From Patescibacteria group bacterium (GTDB lineage Bacteria; Patescibacteriota; Patescibacteriia; JAQUQO01), in NCBI GenBank assembly GCA_028716045.1, contig JAQUQO010000001.1, forward strand, positions 632,961 to 696,960: a stretch of 64,000 nucleotides of DNA, given 5' to 3'. A program made the translations under genes and the position numbers. Under the pieces are notes generated by a model that ran no database searches, was not told the origin of the DNA, and worked only from the letters and a program-made list of their open reading frames with translations. Every line of letters starts with the position of its first letter. The first letter of the stretch is position 1. Of the stretch, positions 10,878-21,397 are shown piece by piece.

Positions 10878-11252
10878 TTAGCAATAATTTCGCCAATCAG
10901 CTTCCTTCCCAAATAAAGAACTTTCTGCTTGCTCCACGGTGCCGGAAAAATTTTCCGGATCACCATCCATTTCGGAAAGCATCGGCTTCCTTAAATTTAA
11001 TCCGCCGATAAATAAGGGCGTGGAAGTATCATCCAGGGCGGCCTCGAGAACAGCATTAGAAACCCTTGCCCTCTTCCTCCTTTCAAAGAGCTTTTTTTGC
11101 TCTTCATAGAATTTTTGAAACGGAACCGTTTCCCCGCTGGCCAAGACCACCTTGTCATTGACCAAGTGTTTTTGCAAGGTCTTCTCGGCTGCTTGAGAAT
11201 CCTTAAAAAAACTGCTGACTTCCGCAATCTCCCGGTCGATCCGCTGGTTCAT
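10878..11252 (-). CDS. hypothetical protein
   Basis: 124-aa ORF, AAAGGAGG RBS, TTGACA promoter at 11311-11316, hairpin at 10836-10862. Confidence 0.7.
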   Translation of the reverse strand: MNQRIDREIAEVSSFFKDSQAAEKTLQKHLVNDKVVLASGETVPFQKFYEEQKKLFERRKRARVSNAVLEAALDDTSTPLFIGGLNLRKPMLSEMDGDPENFSGTVEQAESSLFGKEADWRNYC

Positions 11253-11319
11253 CTAAACCTCCTTTAAATTGTTTGTGGATTATTTTAAGGATAACAAATT
11301 AAAATAAAGTTGTCAATAC

Positions 11320-12717
11320 CTAAACTAAATCGGAAATATCTCGGCCGGCGGGTTTTAAAATTTTTCTCTTTTCATTGATGATTTTTTTGGCGCTCCGGTA
11401 CCAAAGACCTAAAATCAACCACCAAAGCATTATGCCAAAATGGAGCGTCCAAACATAGTGGTCAAAAAAACTGACTTTAAGCAATGTCCATAAAGCAATG
11501 GAATAAACAATCGCCCAATAGCTTTGACAAATCAACCGCCAATTTAAAAATACCGTCCAAAAAATATAAAGAAGCAACAGCCCGAAAGATACCGCTCCTA
11601 AAATTCCGAGTTCCGCCATTATCAAAATATACAAATTGTGTACCGGCTGATAATCCCAGGATTGCCGCGCCGAATCTATTTCTCTGTAAATCGCCAAAGT
11701 ATAATTATTAATTCCTACGCCAGTCAAAAAATGATTCTGAATAAGCTTACCCGCTTCATCAACATACTCAATCCTTTCCTCGTTGGATAAAATTTCCAGC
11801 CGCGTGCCACCAAAAATTCTTGTTTTCACTAAATCCGAATAAATTCCGGAAAGCAAGGCAAAGACCAGCCCGGATAATAATACTAATTTAAAAATGCGCC
11901 AATGGTGTTTGGTTAATTTAACGGAAATGGCTTCGGCGATGAGTAAAAACAAAAAAGAACTGGCCAGCACCGTCCAACCGCCGCGGGAAAAACTAAAAAA
12001 TAATCCAAAAAGTATCACGCAAAACGCTATGAGGCGAAAATAGGTGTTGCCTTGGCCGCTTTTTAAAATCTGGTCTCTTTTGTAAAGTAAGAGCCCGGTC
12101 AAAATCACGAGGGATACCACTAAAAATCCGGCTAGAATGTTAGGATGCGGCAAACTGCCGTAAGCCCGCAAAAATCTGCCCGTGACGCTTTCCACCACAA
12201 AATCCCCAAGCTGCCAAGGATAATGCACGGCCATGCCCAGCCACTTGTTGCCGAAAACTCCCTGCAATAAAAACTGATGAATGCCAAGCAAGCTCTGAAT
12301 AACGGCCGCGCCCACGAGAGCCAGACTGATGAATCTCATTTTTATGGGAAATCGCGCCACTAACCATAAAAGGCCAATACCCTCCGACACTTTTGCCCAG
12401 CCATAAATCGCTAAATTGCGGTCTTTGGCCCAAAAAATAGAAATAAAAATGGCCAGCGCGAAAAAAGCCACCAGCCACCAAAAAACATTTAAATTAAATT
12501 TATACTCCGGCCGGTGGAACTTTTGAAACCAAAGAATCAGCCCCGCCAACAGCAAAAAACCGAGGAGTATATCCGTGGCGTACAAGCTCATTGAGCCGTA
12601 TTCCCAAAAATTGCCATTGAGTTCGCCGACGCGCCAAATCCAACGCGTCTGCCAAGGCAATAAAAAGGCAAAAAGGTAAAGTCCCCATTCTATTATTTTT
12701 TCTAAAACTTTATTCAT
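11320..12717 (-). CDS. O-antigen ligase (Wzy_C) family membrane protein
   Basis: Many TM helices, RAYGSLPHPNILAG, FSFSRG, GVGINNY, PVHNLY...AELG; start likely MNKV. Confidence 0.88.
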   Translation of the reverse strand: MNKVLEKIIEWGLYLFAFLLPWQTRWIWRVGELNGNFWEYGSMSLYATDILLGFLLLAGLILWFQKFHRPEYKFNLNVFWWLVAFFALAIFISIFWAKDRNLAIYGWAKVSEGIGLLWLVARFPIKMRFISLALVGAAVIQSLLGIHQFLLQGVFGNKWLGMAVHYPWQLGDFVVESVTGRFLRAYGSLPHPNILAGFLVVSLVILTGLLLYKRDQILKSGQGNTYFRLIAFCVILFGLFFSFSRGGWTVLASSFLFLLIAEAISVKLTKHHWRIFKLVLLSGLVFALLSGIYSDLVKTRIFGGTRLEILSNEERIEYVDEAGKLIQNHFLTGVGINNYTLAIYREIDSARQSWDYQPVHNLYILIMAELGILGAVSFGLLLLYIFWTVFLNWRLICQSYWAIVYSIALWTLLKVSFFDHYVWTLHFGIMLWWLILGLWYRSAKKIINEKRKILKPAGRDISDLV

Positions 12718-13660
12718 AAAACCGAGAAAAAATTTTCTCAAATTTCAAGGCAAATTCCGCGCGCCGGTCATCGCTGTGAAATTTTAACATCTTATTGCTG
12801 ATGATTACCCGCGTATCTTGGGCGCCGGAAATTTCCTTAAGCCGATTGGGCATTATTTTGAATTGATACTTTCTAAAAATCGGCTCTAAAATCTTATTGC
12901 CTCCAAAAAACTCAACTATATTTTTGAGCCATCGCCCGGTCGGCGGTAAAGCGCGGCGCGGATTATTCTCTAAAAAAATACCATTGGGTAAATACTCGCG
13001 CAACCAGCCGTTATCCTGAAAAAACTTTTCAAAAACTTTATCTTCTTGATAAAGCGGCGAGATTTTATTAAGCCAATAAATCAAATAGATGTCTCCGAAC
13101 CATTTATTCTTCAAAAGCGGCGAGGTAATCGTCTCCAAATTAAGGTTATCGGCCGTGGCGAAAAAACTCAAACAAAGCGTGTCGCGAGTTTTGCCCGCCC
13201 GCGGGCGTCCGCCAAAAAACTTGGAAAGAATAACTGACCAAAATCGCGCTGACCAAATCTTACCCGCCGCCGCGATGATAAAAAAATCAATATCACTCTC
13301 CTCCGGTGAATTGCTGTAAGCCAAAGTGTTGCAGACAGCCACGCCGCGCACGCCCGGCGCGAACCGCAGCCAGCGGGAAAATTTTTTGGCTTTTTTAAAT
13401 TTACGCTCGGCTATAAGATAGCGCTCCCGCCGCCGGGAAACATTCCCCGCCCGATTGGCTAAATAAAAAAATCCCTCACGGGATTCCAAAATTCCTTTTT
13501 CTTTTAATCGGGACAATGCCTCCTCGGTTTGGTTTAAAGAAATCCCCTGTCCAAAAGAAAACTCCCAAACTTCCATTAAAGTTAAGGGGTAATCAAAAAT
13601 ATCAAAATAAACAAGAGGAATTAAAATAGACTTTGTTGCATCGTCTATCTTATTCTGCAT
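12710..13660 (-). CDS. nucleotidyltransferase-fold protein
   Basis: YFDIFDYPLT N-terminus, ESDIDFFII (DxD), CLSFF; coupled to the ligase gene. Confidence 0.65.
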   Translation of the reverse strand: MQNKIDDATKSILIPLVYFDIFDYPLTLMEVWEFSFGQGISLNQTEEALSRLKEKGILESREGFFYLANRAGNVSRRRERYLIAERKFKKAKKFSRWLRFAPGVRGVAVCNTLAYSNSPEESDIDFFIIAAAGKIWSARFWSVILSKFFGGRPRAGKTRDTLCLSFFATADNLNLETITSPLLKNKWFGDIYLIYWLNKISPLYQEDKVFEKFFQDNGWLREYLPNGIFLENNPRRALPPTGRWLKNIVEFFGGNKILEPIFRKYQFKIMPNRLKEISGAQDTRVIISNKMLKFHSDDRRAEFALKFEKIFSRFYE

Positions 13661-13777
13661 ACCTAGTAGTACAACTTTAAATTAATTAGTAAATAAATAA
13701 TCTCTAAATCTTTTAGATAAAGACTGTCTTTCGCCCGTAGTTTTAAAATATTGTTCAAGGTTGTACTACTGGGCATA

Positions 13778-14092
13778 CTAATTTTTACTTTGGATAATAT
13801 TCGGTCTTTCAATAACCGCTTCTGGCGCCTTGGTGGGATATTTCTCATCCGCTTCTTTCAACGCCGCATCATCAACAATCATTTTGTTTTGAGAAAAAGA
13901 AATAACCTGATTACGGCTAATAACCAAACGGCGTTTAATCCGTCCCCGTAAAATAGAAATGTCTTTCACGAAATAATTAATGACGCTCTGCGAATCCGTA
14001 TCAACCTCTAAACCCGCTATCTTGCCCAAAAAAATTCCGGATTTGGTCTCTACCGCGAGTTTAAATAAATCTTTGTGATTCATCGGACGCAT
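13778..14092 (-). CDS. PRC-barrel domain protein
   Basis: VETKSG..LGKI...EVD, LVISRNQVISF..IVDD. Confidence 0.75.
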   Translation of the reverse strand: MRPMNHKDLFKLAVETKSGIFLGKIAGLEVDTDSQSVINYFVKDISILRGRIKRRLVISRNQVISFSQNKMIVDDAALKEADEKYPTKAPEAVIERPNIIQSKN

Positions 14093-14108
14093 AAAATATC
14101 AAAAAATA

Positions 14109-14849
14109 TTAAACGGTTTCTGCTGTGTTTTTGTCGTCATTTTTCAAAAAATATAACTGCTGCAGAGCCGTGAGCAGGGTGGTTATAAACCAATAGAGAG
14201 TGAGGCCCGCCGGCAAACTGGCGCCGATAAAAACCGTAAAAATCGGCATAAAATAAGTCATCTGTTTATTCATGATGGCTGACATATCCTCGTCTTTCGC
14301 CCCGGCTTCCTTGCGGACCGCGGCGGGCGGACGCTTAGCCATCATCATTTTGGTTTGCCAAAACTGCGCCAACCCAGCCAGTACGGCCAAATAAATGTTG
14401 GACTGGGCTAAATTGATAAAACCAAAAGAAATAGTGTTAATATGTTCCGGATTAGCCACGAACGAATAAAGCAAATTAAAATTATTGGAAGCAAGTCCGC
14501 TTCTAAAAACCTGATAAACCGCCAATAAAAACGGCAATTGGATAAGCAACGGCAAACAAGAGGAAAAAGGATTAACTTTTTCTTGTTTATAAAGTTCCAT
14601 CATGGCCTGCGCCATTTTGTCCTTTTGGTCTTTATATTTTTTCTTTAACTCTTCAATCTTCGGCTGTAAGGACTGCAGGGATTTCTGCGATTTAATGGAC
14701 TGCAAAGAAAAGGGAAATAAAATTAATTTAATGACGATGGTCAGAGCGATAATCGCCAAGCCCACATCGTGGCCGGGGATAATATTGTAAAAAAATACCA
14801 GCAGATTAAATAACGGTTGATATAATATGGTATTGTATAACGCCATCAT
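14109..14849 (-). CDS. yidC: membrane protein insertase YidC/Oxa1
   Basis: GLAIIALTIVIK, LQPKI, NPFSSCLPLLIQLP, PAGLTLYW. Confidence 0.95.
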   Translation of the reverse strand: MMALYNTILYQPLFNLLVFFYNIIPGHDVGLAIIALTIVIKLILFPFSLQSIKSQKSLQSLQPKIEELKKKYKDQKDKMAQAMMELYKQEKVNPFSSCLPLLIQLPFLLAVYQVFRSGLASNNFNLLYSFVANPEHINTISFGFINLAQSNIYLAVLAGLAQFWQTKMMMAKRPPAAVRKEAGAKDEDMSAIMNKQMTYFMPIFTVFIGASLPAGLTLYWFITTLLTALQQLYFLKNDDKNTAETV

Positions 14850-14861
14850 AATTTCCCTTTT

Positions 14862-16175
14862 TTATTTTTTACTCTTGGACTTAGTGGTTTTCTTTTTCTT
14901 CTTCACTTCCTTTTTTTCTTTTTTATCCTCGGCTTTGGCGGGTTGTTCTACGCTCTCTTTTTCTAAAACTTCAGCTGGGGTTTTATTTTCCTCCGGCTTT
15001 AGTCCTCCTTCGGATTCTATTTTTTCCACTGTTCCGTCTTCTTTGGCTTCGGCAATATCAAGTTTAAAGCCGGTCAATTTGGCGGCTAACCGCACATTCT
15101 GCCCGCCCCGGCCGATAGCCAAGGATAATTGGTCGGACTTTACCATCACTACCGCGGTTTTATTGGCTTCGTTAATTTCCACGGAGATAATTTTCGCCGG
15201 GGAAAGCGCGTTGGAAATGAATTTTTTAATATCCTCGTCCCATTCAATAATATCAATTTTCTCCCCGCCGAGTTCGGAAATAATAGTCTGAATTCTTGTC
15301 CCGCGCTGGCCGACACAGGAACCAATGGGGTCAATATTTTCATCTTTGGACGCCACCGCTATCTTGGTGCGAGAACCGGCTTCGCGGGCAATGGCTTTAA
15401 TTTCTATGGAACCATTGTCAACTTCCGGAATCTCTATCTCAAACATTTTTTTGACGATTTCCGGATGAGCGCGCGAAATTAAAATCTCCGGACCCTTGGT
15501 AGTCATAGCCACGGAACTGACATAGAATTTAAAACGGGAACCGGGGAAATAGCGTTCGCTCTGAATCTGACCATCCGGCAACATCACGGCAGTTGTTCTC
15601 CCTAAATCAACTAGCACGATTTTACCCTCTCTTCTTTGAACAGTGCCGGTGATAATGGTATTCTCTTTGGACTTGAATTCGTCAAAAACCGTCTGACGCT
15701 CCACTTCTCTTAATTTTTGAGTGATAACCTGCTTGGCGGTCTGCGCGGCCATACGGCCAAACTCGCCCGGAACTTCTAAATCCATTACCAACTCCTCGCC
15801 GATTTTTATTCCTTTTTTAATTTTTTTGGCCTCATCAATGCCTATCTGTGTTTTGGGATTAAATCTTTTAATCTCTTCCTTCTCTTCTCCTTCTGCCGGA
15901 GCGGCGATTTCCTTAGTTGTTTCTTTCACTTCTTCCTCGCTTATCTCTTCAATTAATTCTTCCTCCGGCGGATTTTCCACCACCTCTTTAACATCAAAAA
16001 CCTTGATGCCGCCGGTTTTGGCGTCAAATTCCACTTTTATATTCTGCAACCTGTTTCCGAAGTCCTTGCGATAAGCGGCGGCCAGAGCCGATTCAATGGT
16101 TTCAATCACCGCTTCCATGGGGATGCCTTTTTCGTCGGAAATTTGTTTGATAGCGCTGTATATTGGCGAACTCAT
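14862..16175 (-). CDS. nusA: transcription factor NusA
   Basis: FGRMAAQTAKQVI, S1 and KH domains, AREAGSRTKIAV, GRGGQNVRLAAKLTG. Confidence 0.98.
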   Translation of the reverse strand: MSSPIYSAIKQISDEKGIPMEAVIETIESALAAAYRKDFGNRLQNIKVEFDAKTGGIKVFDVKEVVENPPEEELIEEISEEEVKETTKEIAAPAEGEEKEEIKRFNPKTQIGIDEAKKIKKGIKIGEELVMDLEVPGEFGRMAAQTAKQVITQKLREVERQTVFDEFKSKENTIITGTVQRREGKIVLVDLGRTTAVMLPDGQIQSERYFPGSRFKFYVSSVAMTTKGPEILISRAHPEIVKKMFEIEIPEVDNGSIEIKAIAREAGSRTKIAVASKDENIDPIGSCVGQRGTRIQTIISELGGEKIDIIEWDEDIKKFISNALSPAKIISVEINEANKTAVVMVKSDQLSLAIGRGGQNVRLAAKLTGFKLDIAEAKEDGTVEKIESEGGLKPEENKTPAEVLEKESVEQPAKAEDKKEKKEVKKKKKTTKSKSKK

Positions 16176-16195
16176 AAATTTTGCCTTAATTTTTT

Positions 16196-16263
16196 AAAAA
16201 ACTAGTCCACGCACAGGAACTAGTCTCTAAAAAGAGTATAGCACAGGAGTAAAAAATTGGCAA
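16196..16263 (-). promoter_or_regulatory. nusA promoter and leader hairpin with U-tract
   Basis: TTGCCA-17-TATACT then ACTAGTTC-ctgtgcgt-GGACTAGT-TTTTT before the ATG. Confidence 0.55.
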
Positions 16264-16381
16264 ACCCGCCAGTGCCAAAAACTTGACAAAATATCCCGTT
16301 TGTACTATAATATAGGGTTAAAAAGAACGTTGAAAACAATAACAAAACCGGCTTCTTTTAGAAAGAAAGGGAGGTGGCAAA

Positions 16382-16894
16382 ATGGAAGAAGAAGAAAAAA
16401 ACAAAAAATGTTGCCACACAGAAGGAAAGCGTTCCAAAATAAAAGAACTGTGGGAAGCAATAAAACAAAGCTTCTGGAACGCGGATAACTGGTTATTTTG
16501 GCTAAATACCCTCTGGGCTTTCGCTCTGCTGACAATGTGTTACATTGTTTACTTTGCCCCCGATTTCAGTAAGATACCACCAAACATGCTTGTAATCTAC
16601 TACTCCCTACTTATACTATACACAAGCAATAAAGAACTCGTCGGCTGGACTTCGTCAACTGGCGAAGCAAAACTCAAACCGGGAGAATTCTTTATAGGAA
16701 TTTGGATCTTAACTGCCTTCATAATGCTCATCGGGCAATTTGCGACCAATGAGATGCTGATTATGCCGGAAGAAATTCTAACCATCCTTGGATGGGTAGG
16801 AACCATCTTTTTCGGGCGAGAAGCTTCAAAGCGATTGCGTAAATGGAGGGGCGATGTAAAAGCAGAAAAAATAGCCAGCAAAAAGGACAGCTAA
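16382..16894 (+). CDS. hypothetical membrane protein (about 4 TM)
   Basis: GGGAGG RBS, TTGACA(16283)-17-TATAAT promoter, GGACAG/CTGTCC terminator over the stop. Confidence 0.75.
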   Translation: MEEEEKNKKCCHTEGKRSKIKELWEAIKQSFWNADNWLFWLNTLWAFALLTMCYIVYFAPDFSKIPPNMLVIYYSLLILYTSNKELVGWTSSTGEAKLKPGEFFIGIWILTAFIMLIGQFATNEMLIMPEEILTILGWVGTIFFGREASKRLRKWRGDVKAEKIASKKDS

Positions 16895-16911
16895 AAACTG
16901 TCCTTTTTTAT

Positions 16912-17274
16912 TTAAATATCTTCCAAATGTTTTATCTCCGTGTTGTTTCCTATCCGCAAGATGCTAATGACGTCAAATCGGAATTCGCCTTCCAAATTAT
17001 TTTCTTTTAAATAACAATCAGCCAAATACTCAATCTTTTTTCTTTTCTCCTCGTTCACCGCTTCTTCCGGCCAGCCATAATTATTGCTGGCGCGAGTTTT
17101 AACTTCTACAAAGAAAATTTTTTCTTTGCCAAAGAAGCCGTCTCTCTTGGAAGCGATAATATCTATCTCCCCCCAGCGGTTGCGGTAATTACGCGCCAAA
17201 ATTTTATATTTCTTTTCTTCCAGAAATTTAACCGCCAAATCCTCTCCCCAATTTCCTAAATCTTTGTTGGACAT
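16912..17274 (-). CDS. yraN: YraN (UPF0102) family nuclease
   Basis: GNWGEDLA, NYRNRWGEIDII, FVEVKTR, RFDVI. Confidence 0.93.
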   Translation of the reverse strand: MSNKDLGNWGEDLAVKFLEEKKYKILARNYRNRWGEIDIIASKRDGFFGKEKIFFVEVKTRASNNYGWPEEAVNEEKRKKIEYLADCYLKENNLEGEFRFDVISILRIGNNTEIKHLEDI

Positions 17275-17687
17275 TATTTTTTCTTCTTCGGCAGATATTT
17301 TTCAAAATGTTCCCGCTCCGCCTGTTCTTTTTCTTTAAGCGGAATTTTTACCACCGCGTAGCGGATAATAAAAATAAGCCAAACGATAAGTCCGATAAGC
17401 CAGAGTAAAAACCACAAGCGCATTCCTAAAACCGGCACGCCTTCATAAGCGAAAAATAAATAAACGAGCCCTAAAATGCCCAGCCAGCCGAGCATGTTAG
17501 AAATCTTTCTCCAGATAATTTTTTTAATACGGCCGGCCCACCGGAAATCGGAAAACTTTTTAATTATTACCGAGCCGGCCATAAAAACTAAAAATATCAC
17601 CACTAGGGCGATTAAAGAACTTTTTAAAAGCGGCCCGGGGTGAGTGTTAAACCAAATCTCATAATTAAGTAAATTCGATAAATTCAT
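17274..17687 (-). CDS. hypothetical membrane protein
   Basis: Three TM segments, translationally coupled in operon. Confidence 0.75.
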   Translation of the reverse strand: MNLSNLLNYEIWFNTHPGPLLKSSLIALVVIFLVFMAGSVIIKKFSDFRWAGRIKKIIWRKISNMLGWLGILGLVYLFFAYEGVPVLGMRLWFLLWLIGLIVWLIFIIRYAVVKIPLKEKEQAEREHFEKYLPKKKK

Positions 17688-17688
17688 A

Positions 17689-18255
17689 CTATTTTTTCTT
17701 AAATACTAAAGCAAAATGAAATTTACCGGCGGCGAACTCTTCTGTCAACTGAAGCCCCAACTTAACAGCCAGTTTTTTCACTTCTTCGGCGGGTACTCTA
17801 AATTCCACCGGCGGTCCGAAAGAAGGTATTTGCGTCATTTTCCAATCAACAATCAGAAGATTGCCCTCGGGCTTAATCATTCTGGCGGCCTCTCTTAGAA
17901 ATTCTTCTTTTTTTTGCGATTGAAATAAATTATTGATAATCAGCCCGATATCCAAACTTTTATCGGGAATTTTGGTCGCGCCGTAAACTTCCAGGTCGGA
18001 CCAAACCGTTTCCACGTTTGTGAGGCCCTCTAATTTGGCGCGGCTGGATACCCCTTCCAAAGCGGATTTAAGAATATCCACGGCATAGGCCACTCCTTCT
18101 TTGCCGACTAAATGCGCCGCCGGAATGACAAAATGTCCGGCCGTGCCGCAACCGAAATCCGCCACCTTCTTACCCTGCGCGATGCCAGCTTTGTTTAATA
18201 CCTGGCGGGAATCAAGCAAAGCGCTGCCGCCAGTAACTGTTTTTATGTCTATCAT
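17689..18255 (-). CDS. class I SAM-dependent methyltransferase
   Basis: VADFGCGTAG, YAVDI, IKPEG.LLIVDW. Confidence 0.88.
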   Translation of the reverse strand: MIDIKTVTGGSALLDSRQVLNKAGIAQGKKVADFGCGTAGHFVIPAAHLVGKEGVAYAVDILKSALEGVSSRAKLEGLTNVETVWSDLEVYGATKIPDKSLDIGLIINNLFQSQKKEEFLREAARMIKPEGNLLIVDWKMTQIPSFGPPVEFRVPAEEVKKLAVKLGLQLTEEFAAGKFHFALVFKKK

Positions 18256-18275
18256 ATGTTTGAATTAATAATAAA

Positions 18276-18515
18276 CTACCTGACAAAAATCCAAACCAAA
18301 ATATCCTGCACCGTGCCGGTCATATAAAGAAGCGAGAGGAGGATAATCGCCAAGCCGATAAGTTTCCAAAACAATCTTGTGCCGCCTTCGGCGCCGAGTT
18401 TTATTTCCGCCCAGTCAATCCGGCCAAAATTCTGAAGCAGCCATTCGCTTTTCAAAACCAGCAAAGCGCCGATAATCACACCGATTAAAGTTATGAGATA
18501 AACCATAATTTCCAA
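18276..18515 (-). CDS. small membrane protein
   Basis: Two TM segments around FGRIDWAEIKLGAEGGTR; in operon. Confidence 0.7.
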   Translation of the reverse strand: MEIMVYLITLIGVIIGALLVLKSEWLLQNFGRIDWAEIKLGAEGGTRLFWKLIGLAIILLSLLYMTGTVQDILVWIFVR

Positions 18516-19315
18516 ATAATCATTAAAGCTCCGATAACCAGCAAATAATAGGCAAAGATATTTAACCTACACCGGGCAAAAAATCGCAACACCGCGCGGA
18601 CGGCCCAAAGTGAGCTGATAAGTGAAGCTAAAAATCCGGCCGCATAAAAAGGCCAAATACTAAAAATATCATATCTTAAACTCTGGTCATTTAGCAAGTC
18701 AGTTAATTGAAAAACGGCGGCGCCGAAAATCGCCGGCAGGGCCATCAAAAAAGAAAAGCGCGCAGCAACGGAACGCTCCACGCCGGAAAATAAGCCGCCG
18801 CAGATAACCGAACCGCTGCGGGAAATTCCGGGCAAAATTCCCGCGACTTGGAACAACCCCATCGCTAAAATATCTTTAAAACGGATTGTCTTGATATTTT
18901 TCTGCTTCGGCCATCTTTCCGCCGCCAGGAATAAAAATCCCGTAGCGACAAATAATACTCCCACGACAAATGTCTCGCGGATATTGTTTTCTATCCAATC
19001 TTTAAATAAAATACCGACCACGCCCGCGGGGACGGAAGCTAAAAATAATTTTAAAAGTAAGGAATTTTTCCATTCCCGCCAGTTTACCAATTCTTTAAAC
19101 ATTTGGACAATTTCTTTTCTAAAATAAAAAACCAAGGCGACCAACGTGCCTAAATGTAAAAAAATATCAAAAGCCCCGAGAGTCGCGGCGGGGAAACCAA
19201 AAATATTTTCTAAAATCACCAAATGGCCGGAGGAGGAAATCGGCAAAAACTCCGTAATCCCCTGAATGACCCCAAAAATAACACCCCTGATTAAAAAATA
19301 TGCTAAAATTGTCAT
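18491..19315 (-). CDS. uppP: undecaprenyl-diphosphate phosphatase
   Basis: QGITEFLPISSSGH, LHLGT, PGISRSG, ARFSFL. Confidence 0.96.
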   Translation of the reverse strand: MTILAYFLIRGVIFGVIQGITEFLPISSSGHLVILENIFGFPAATLGAFDIFLHLGTLVALVFYFRKEIVQMFKELVNWREWKNSLLLKLFLASVPAGVVGILFKDWIENNIRETFVVGVLFVATGFLFLAAERWPKQKNIKTIRFKDILAMGLFQVAGILPGISRSGSVICGGLFSGVERSVAARFSFLMALPAIFGAAVFQLTDLLNDQSLRYDIFSIWPFYAAGFLASLISSLWAVRAVLRFFARCRLNIFAYYLLVIGALMIIWKLWFIS

Positions 19316-19386
19316 ACTTTAATGATATCAAAAATTACTCAAACAAAAAAGCGGGTTCAGCACCCGCTCCCAAATGCCGAAATTTA

Positions 19387-20241
19387 TCATGCGACTATTT
19401 CCTCTAAAAATTCATTTACATAATCCATCGGCGCGTCGTTTAAAAGCACCGCGTCAAAGACGTTTTTGTATAATTCCAAATTCTCCCCTATGTTCTCATT
19501 TAAAAATCCTATTCTAAATAAATTTTTATAATCAAAACCTTCTATCATGCCGATGTCATCGGCGCTATCTCCCAGCAAGATAACGTTTTTTCTGTTTTTA
19601 ACGGCCGCATAAGCTTCCGGAAAATCCTGAATAGCTGTCTTATCTTTATTAAGCGTATGAATAATGGGTTCTTTCACACTCACGACTTGGCCTTTTTCAT
19701 CCCAAATAAATGAATTGGAAATGATATAGATATTGTCGTAGAGCTTGCCGTATTTTTTTAAATAAATTTCAATGCCGTCACCGCCAAGGCCGCTGGCGGA
19801 CATAATAACCAGAGGAATATTATAGTGATGTAAAAAATCAAAAAATGCCAAGGCCTGGCCGCGGAGTTCTAATTCCGGAGATTCCATGGCTCTCTCTATA
19901 TCGCGTTTATTTAACCTCGATTCTACAATTAACTTAAAATGCGTTCGCCACCATTCTTCCATGGCTTGTTTTTTGACTTCGTGAGGAATAGCGGGGTCAA
20001 TCTCAATGGCGTGATATTTATTAAAAAGAGCGTGGGCTTTCTCCGCGTAATCCGGAGTTAAATATCCGCCATTACGCAAAATAGACACTAATGACGGAAC
20101 TTTCTTGCCGCCCACAAAGGCCTTGAGCAAAGTTCTGTCAAAATCTGATAAAACATGTAAATTTTTATGTCCGCCGGCGACTATTGCCTTTCTTATTTCA
20201 TTTAACGCCATTGGATTTTTAATCGCGATAGTTTGATTCAT
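19387..20241 (-). CDS. HAD-family pyrimidine 5'-nucleotidase (UMPH-1/cN-III-like)
   Basis: SDFDRTL, MEEWW, MSASGLG, ISN, IIHTLNK, NVILLGDS..D, GFLN. Confidence 0.85.
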   Translation of the reverse strand: MNQTIAIKNPMALNEIRKAIVAGGHKNLHVLSDFDRTLLKAFVGGKKVPSLVSILRNGGYLTPDYAEKAHALFNKYHAIEIDPAIPHEVKKQAMEEWWRTHFKLIVESRLNKRDIERAMESPELELRGQALAFFDFLHHYNIPLVIMSASGLGGDGIEIYLKKYGKLYDNIYIISNSFIWDEKGQVVSVKEPIIHTLNKDKTAIQDFPEAYAAVKNRKNVILLGDSADDIGMIEGFDYKNLFRIGFLNENIGENLELYKNVFDAVLLNDAPMDYVNEFLEEIVA

Positions 20242-20260
20242 ATTAAAAATTTAATTCTAG

Positions 20261-20503
<243 letters not shown>

Positions 20504-20545
20504 TCTTCCTCTCCCTAGGACTCTCGGGGCAAGGGATTTAACCTT

Positions 20546-20590
20546 AAATCCCTCTTTTATTCTCCCTTTTACAAAGGGAAAGGGGATTTA
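20546..20590. repeat. imperfect palindromic intergenic repeat
   Basis: AAATCCCTCTT...TCCCTTTTACAAAGGGA...AGGGGATTT. Confidence 0.5.
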
Positions 20591-20641
20591 ATAATTATTA
20601 TAAAAAATCACTTTAATTTTTAAATTCTAATTTTTCCTGTC

Positions 20642-20716
20642 TGGTGCCCCCAGTAGGAATCGAACCCACATCACAAGCTCCGGAAGCTCGTGTTCTATCC
20701 GTTGAACTATGAGGGC
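20642..20716 (-). tRNA. tRNA-Arg(CCG)
   Basis: GCCCTCA/TGGGGGC acceptor, CGAGC-TTCCGGA-GCTTG anticodon arm, GGTTCGATTCC, CCA. Confidence 0.95.
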
Positions 20717-20850
20717 GAAAACTATAGAGATATGGGTTAATAGTAAACAATTATTGATTTTTTTTCAAGGGAAATAAAAAACCTCGCAATTAAAATTACG
20801 AGGTCAAATCTTGTGTGTTTGTGATAAAAAATTAATAGAAAAAAGTGGTA

Positions 20851-21291
20851 TTACCTGAACCCCCACCTTGACGGATTCTCTAAACCGGGGAAGCGGCTGC
20901 AAAGTAAATCCCTTTTTATAGTAAAAAAGATGGAACCCAAAAATCCTATGATAGAAGAGGCTATGAAGGTAATTATGTCTACCCTCGCCCCGAAAAATAG
21001 GATAGCACATCCCGATAAAAGAGGACCCCCAAAAAAACCCGCAATCAAAAAAACATATGCTCGAGAATGATACTGCCACACTTTTTTACAAGCCTCGGCC
21101 CTATCTATATGGTCTACGCCCACTATTCTCCGCATTATGGGCCCAGCGTTTCTGATGCACATAATTACCCCCTCCGTTAAATAACACAGGGCTAAAAGCG
21201 GTAAGATAAGTGGAAGAGAAATGATAGTGACCACCCAAGAAGATACTATGCCGTCAAAAATTTTTTCTATCTCTTTTGTTTCAAAGGACAT
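20851..21291 (-). CDS. hypothetical membrane protein
   Basis: Three hydrophobic segments, GAGG RBS, TTGACA-17-TAAAAT promoter. Confidence 0.65.
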   Translation of the reverse strand: MSFETKEIEKIFDGIVSSWVVTIISLPLILPLLALCYLTEGVIMCIRNAGPIMRRIVGVDHIDRAEACKKVWQYHSRAYVFLIAGFFGGPLLSGCAILFFGARVDIITFIASSIIGFLGSIFFTIKRDLLCSRFPGLENPSRWGFR

Positions 21292-21397
21292 GTCTACCTC
21301 TCTTGTTTTAAATTTAAAAATAAACCTGTTTGAGTTGATTGTCTTATTTTACATTATTCATAATAAAATGTCAACCCTCGGTCAAATTATTTAACCC

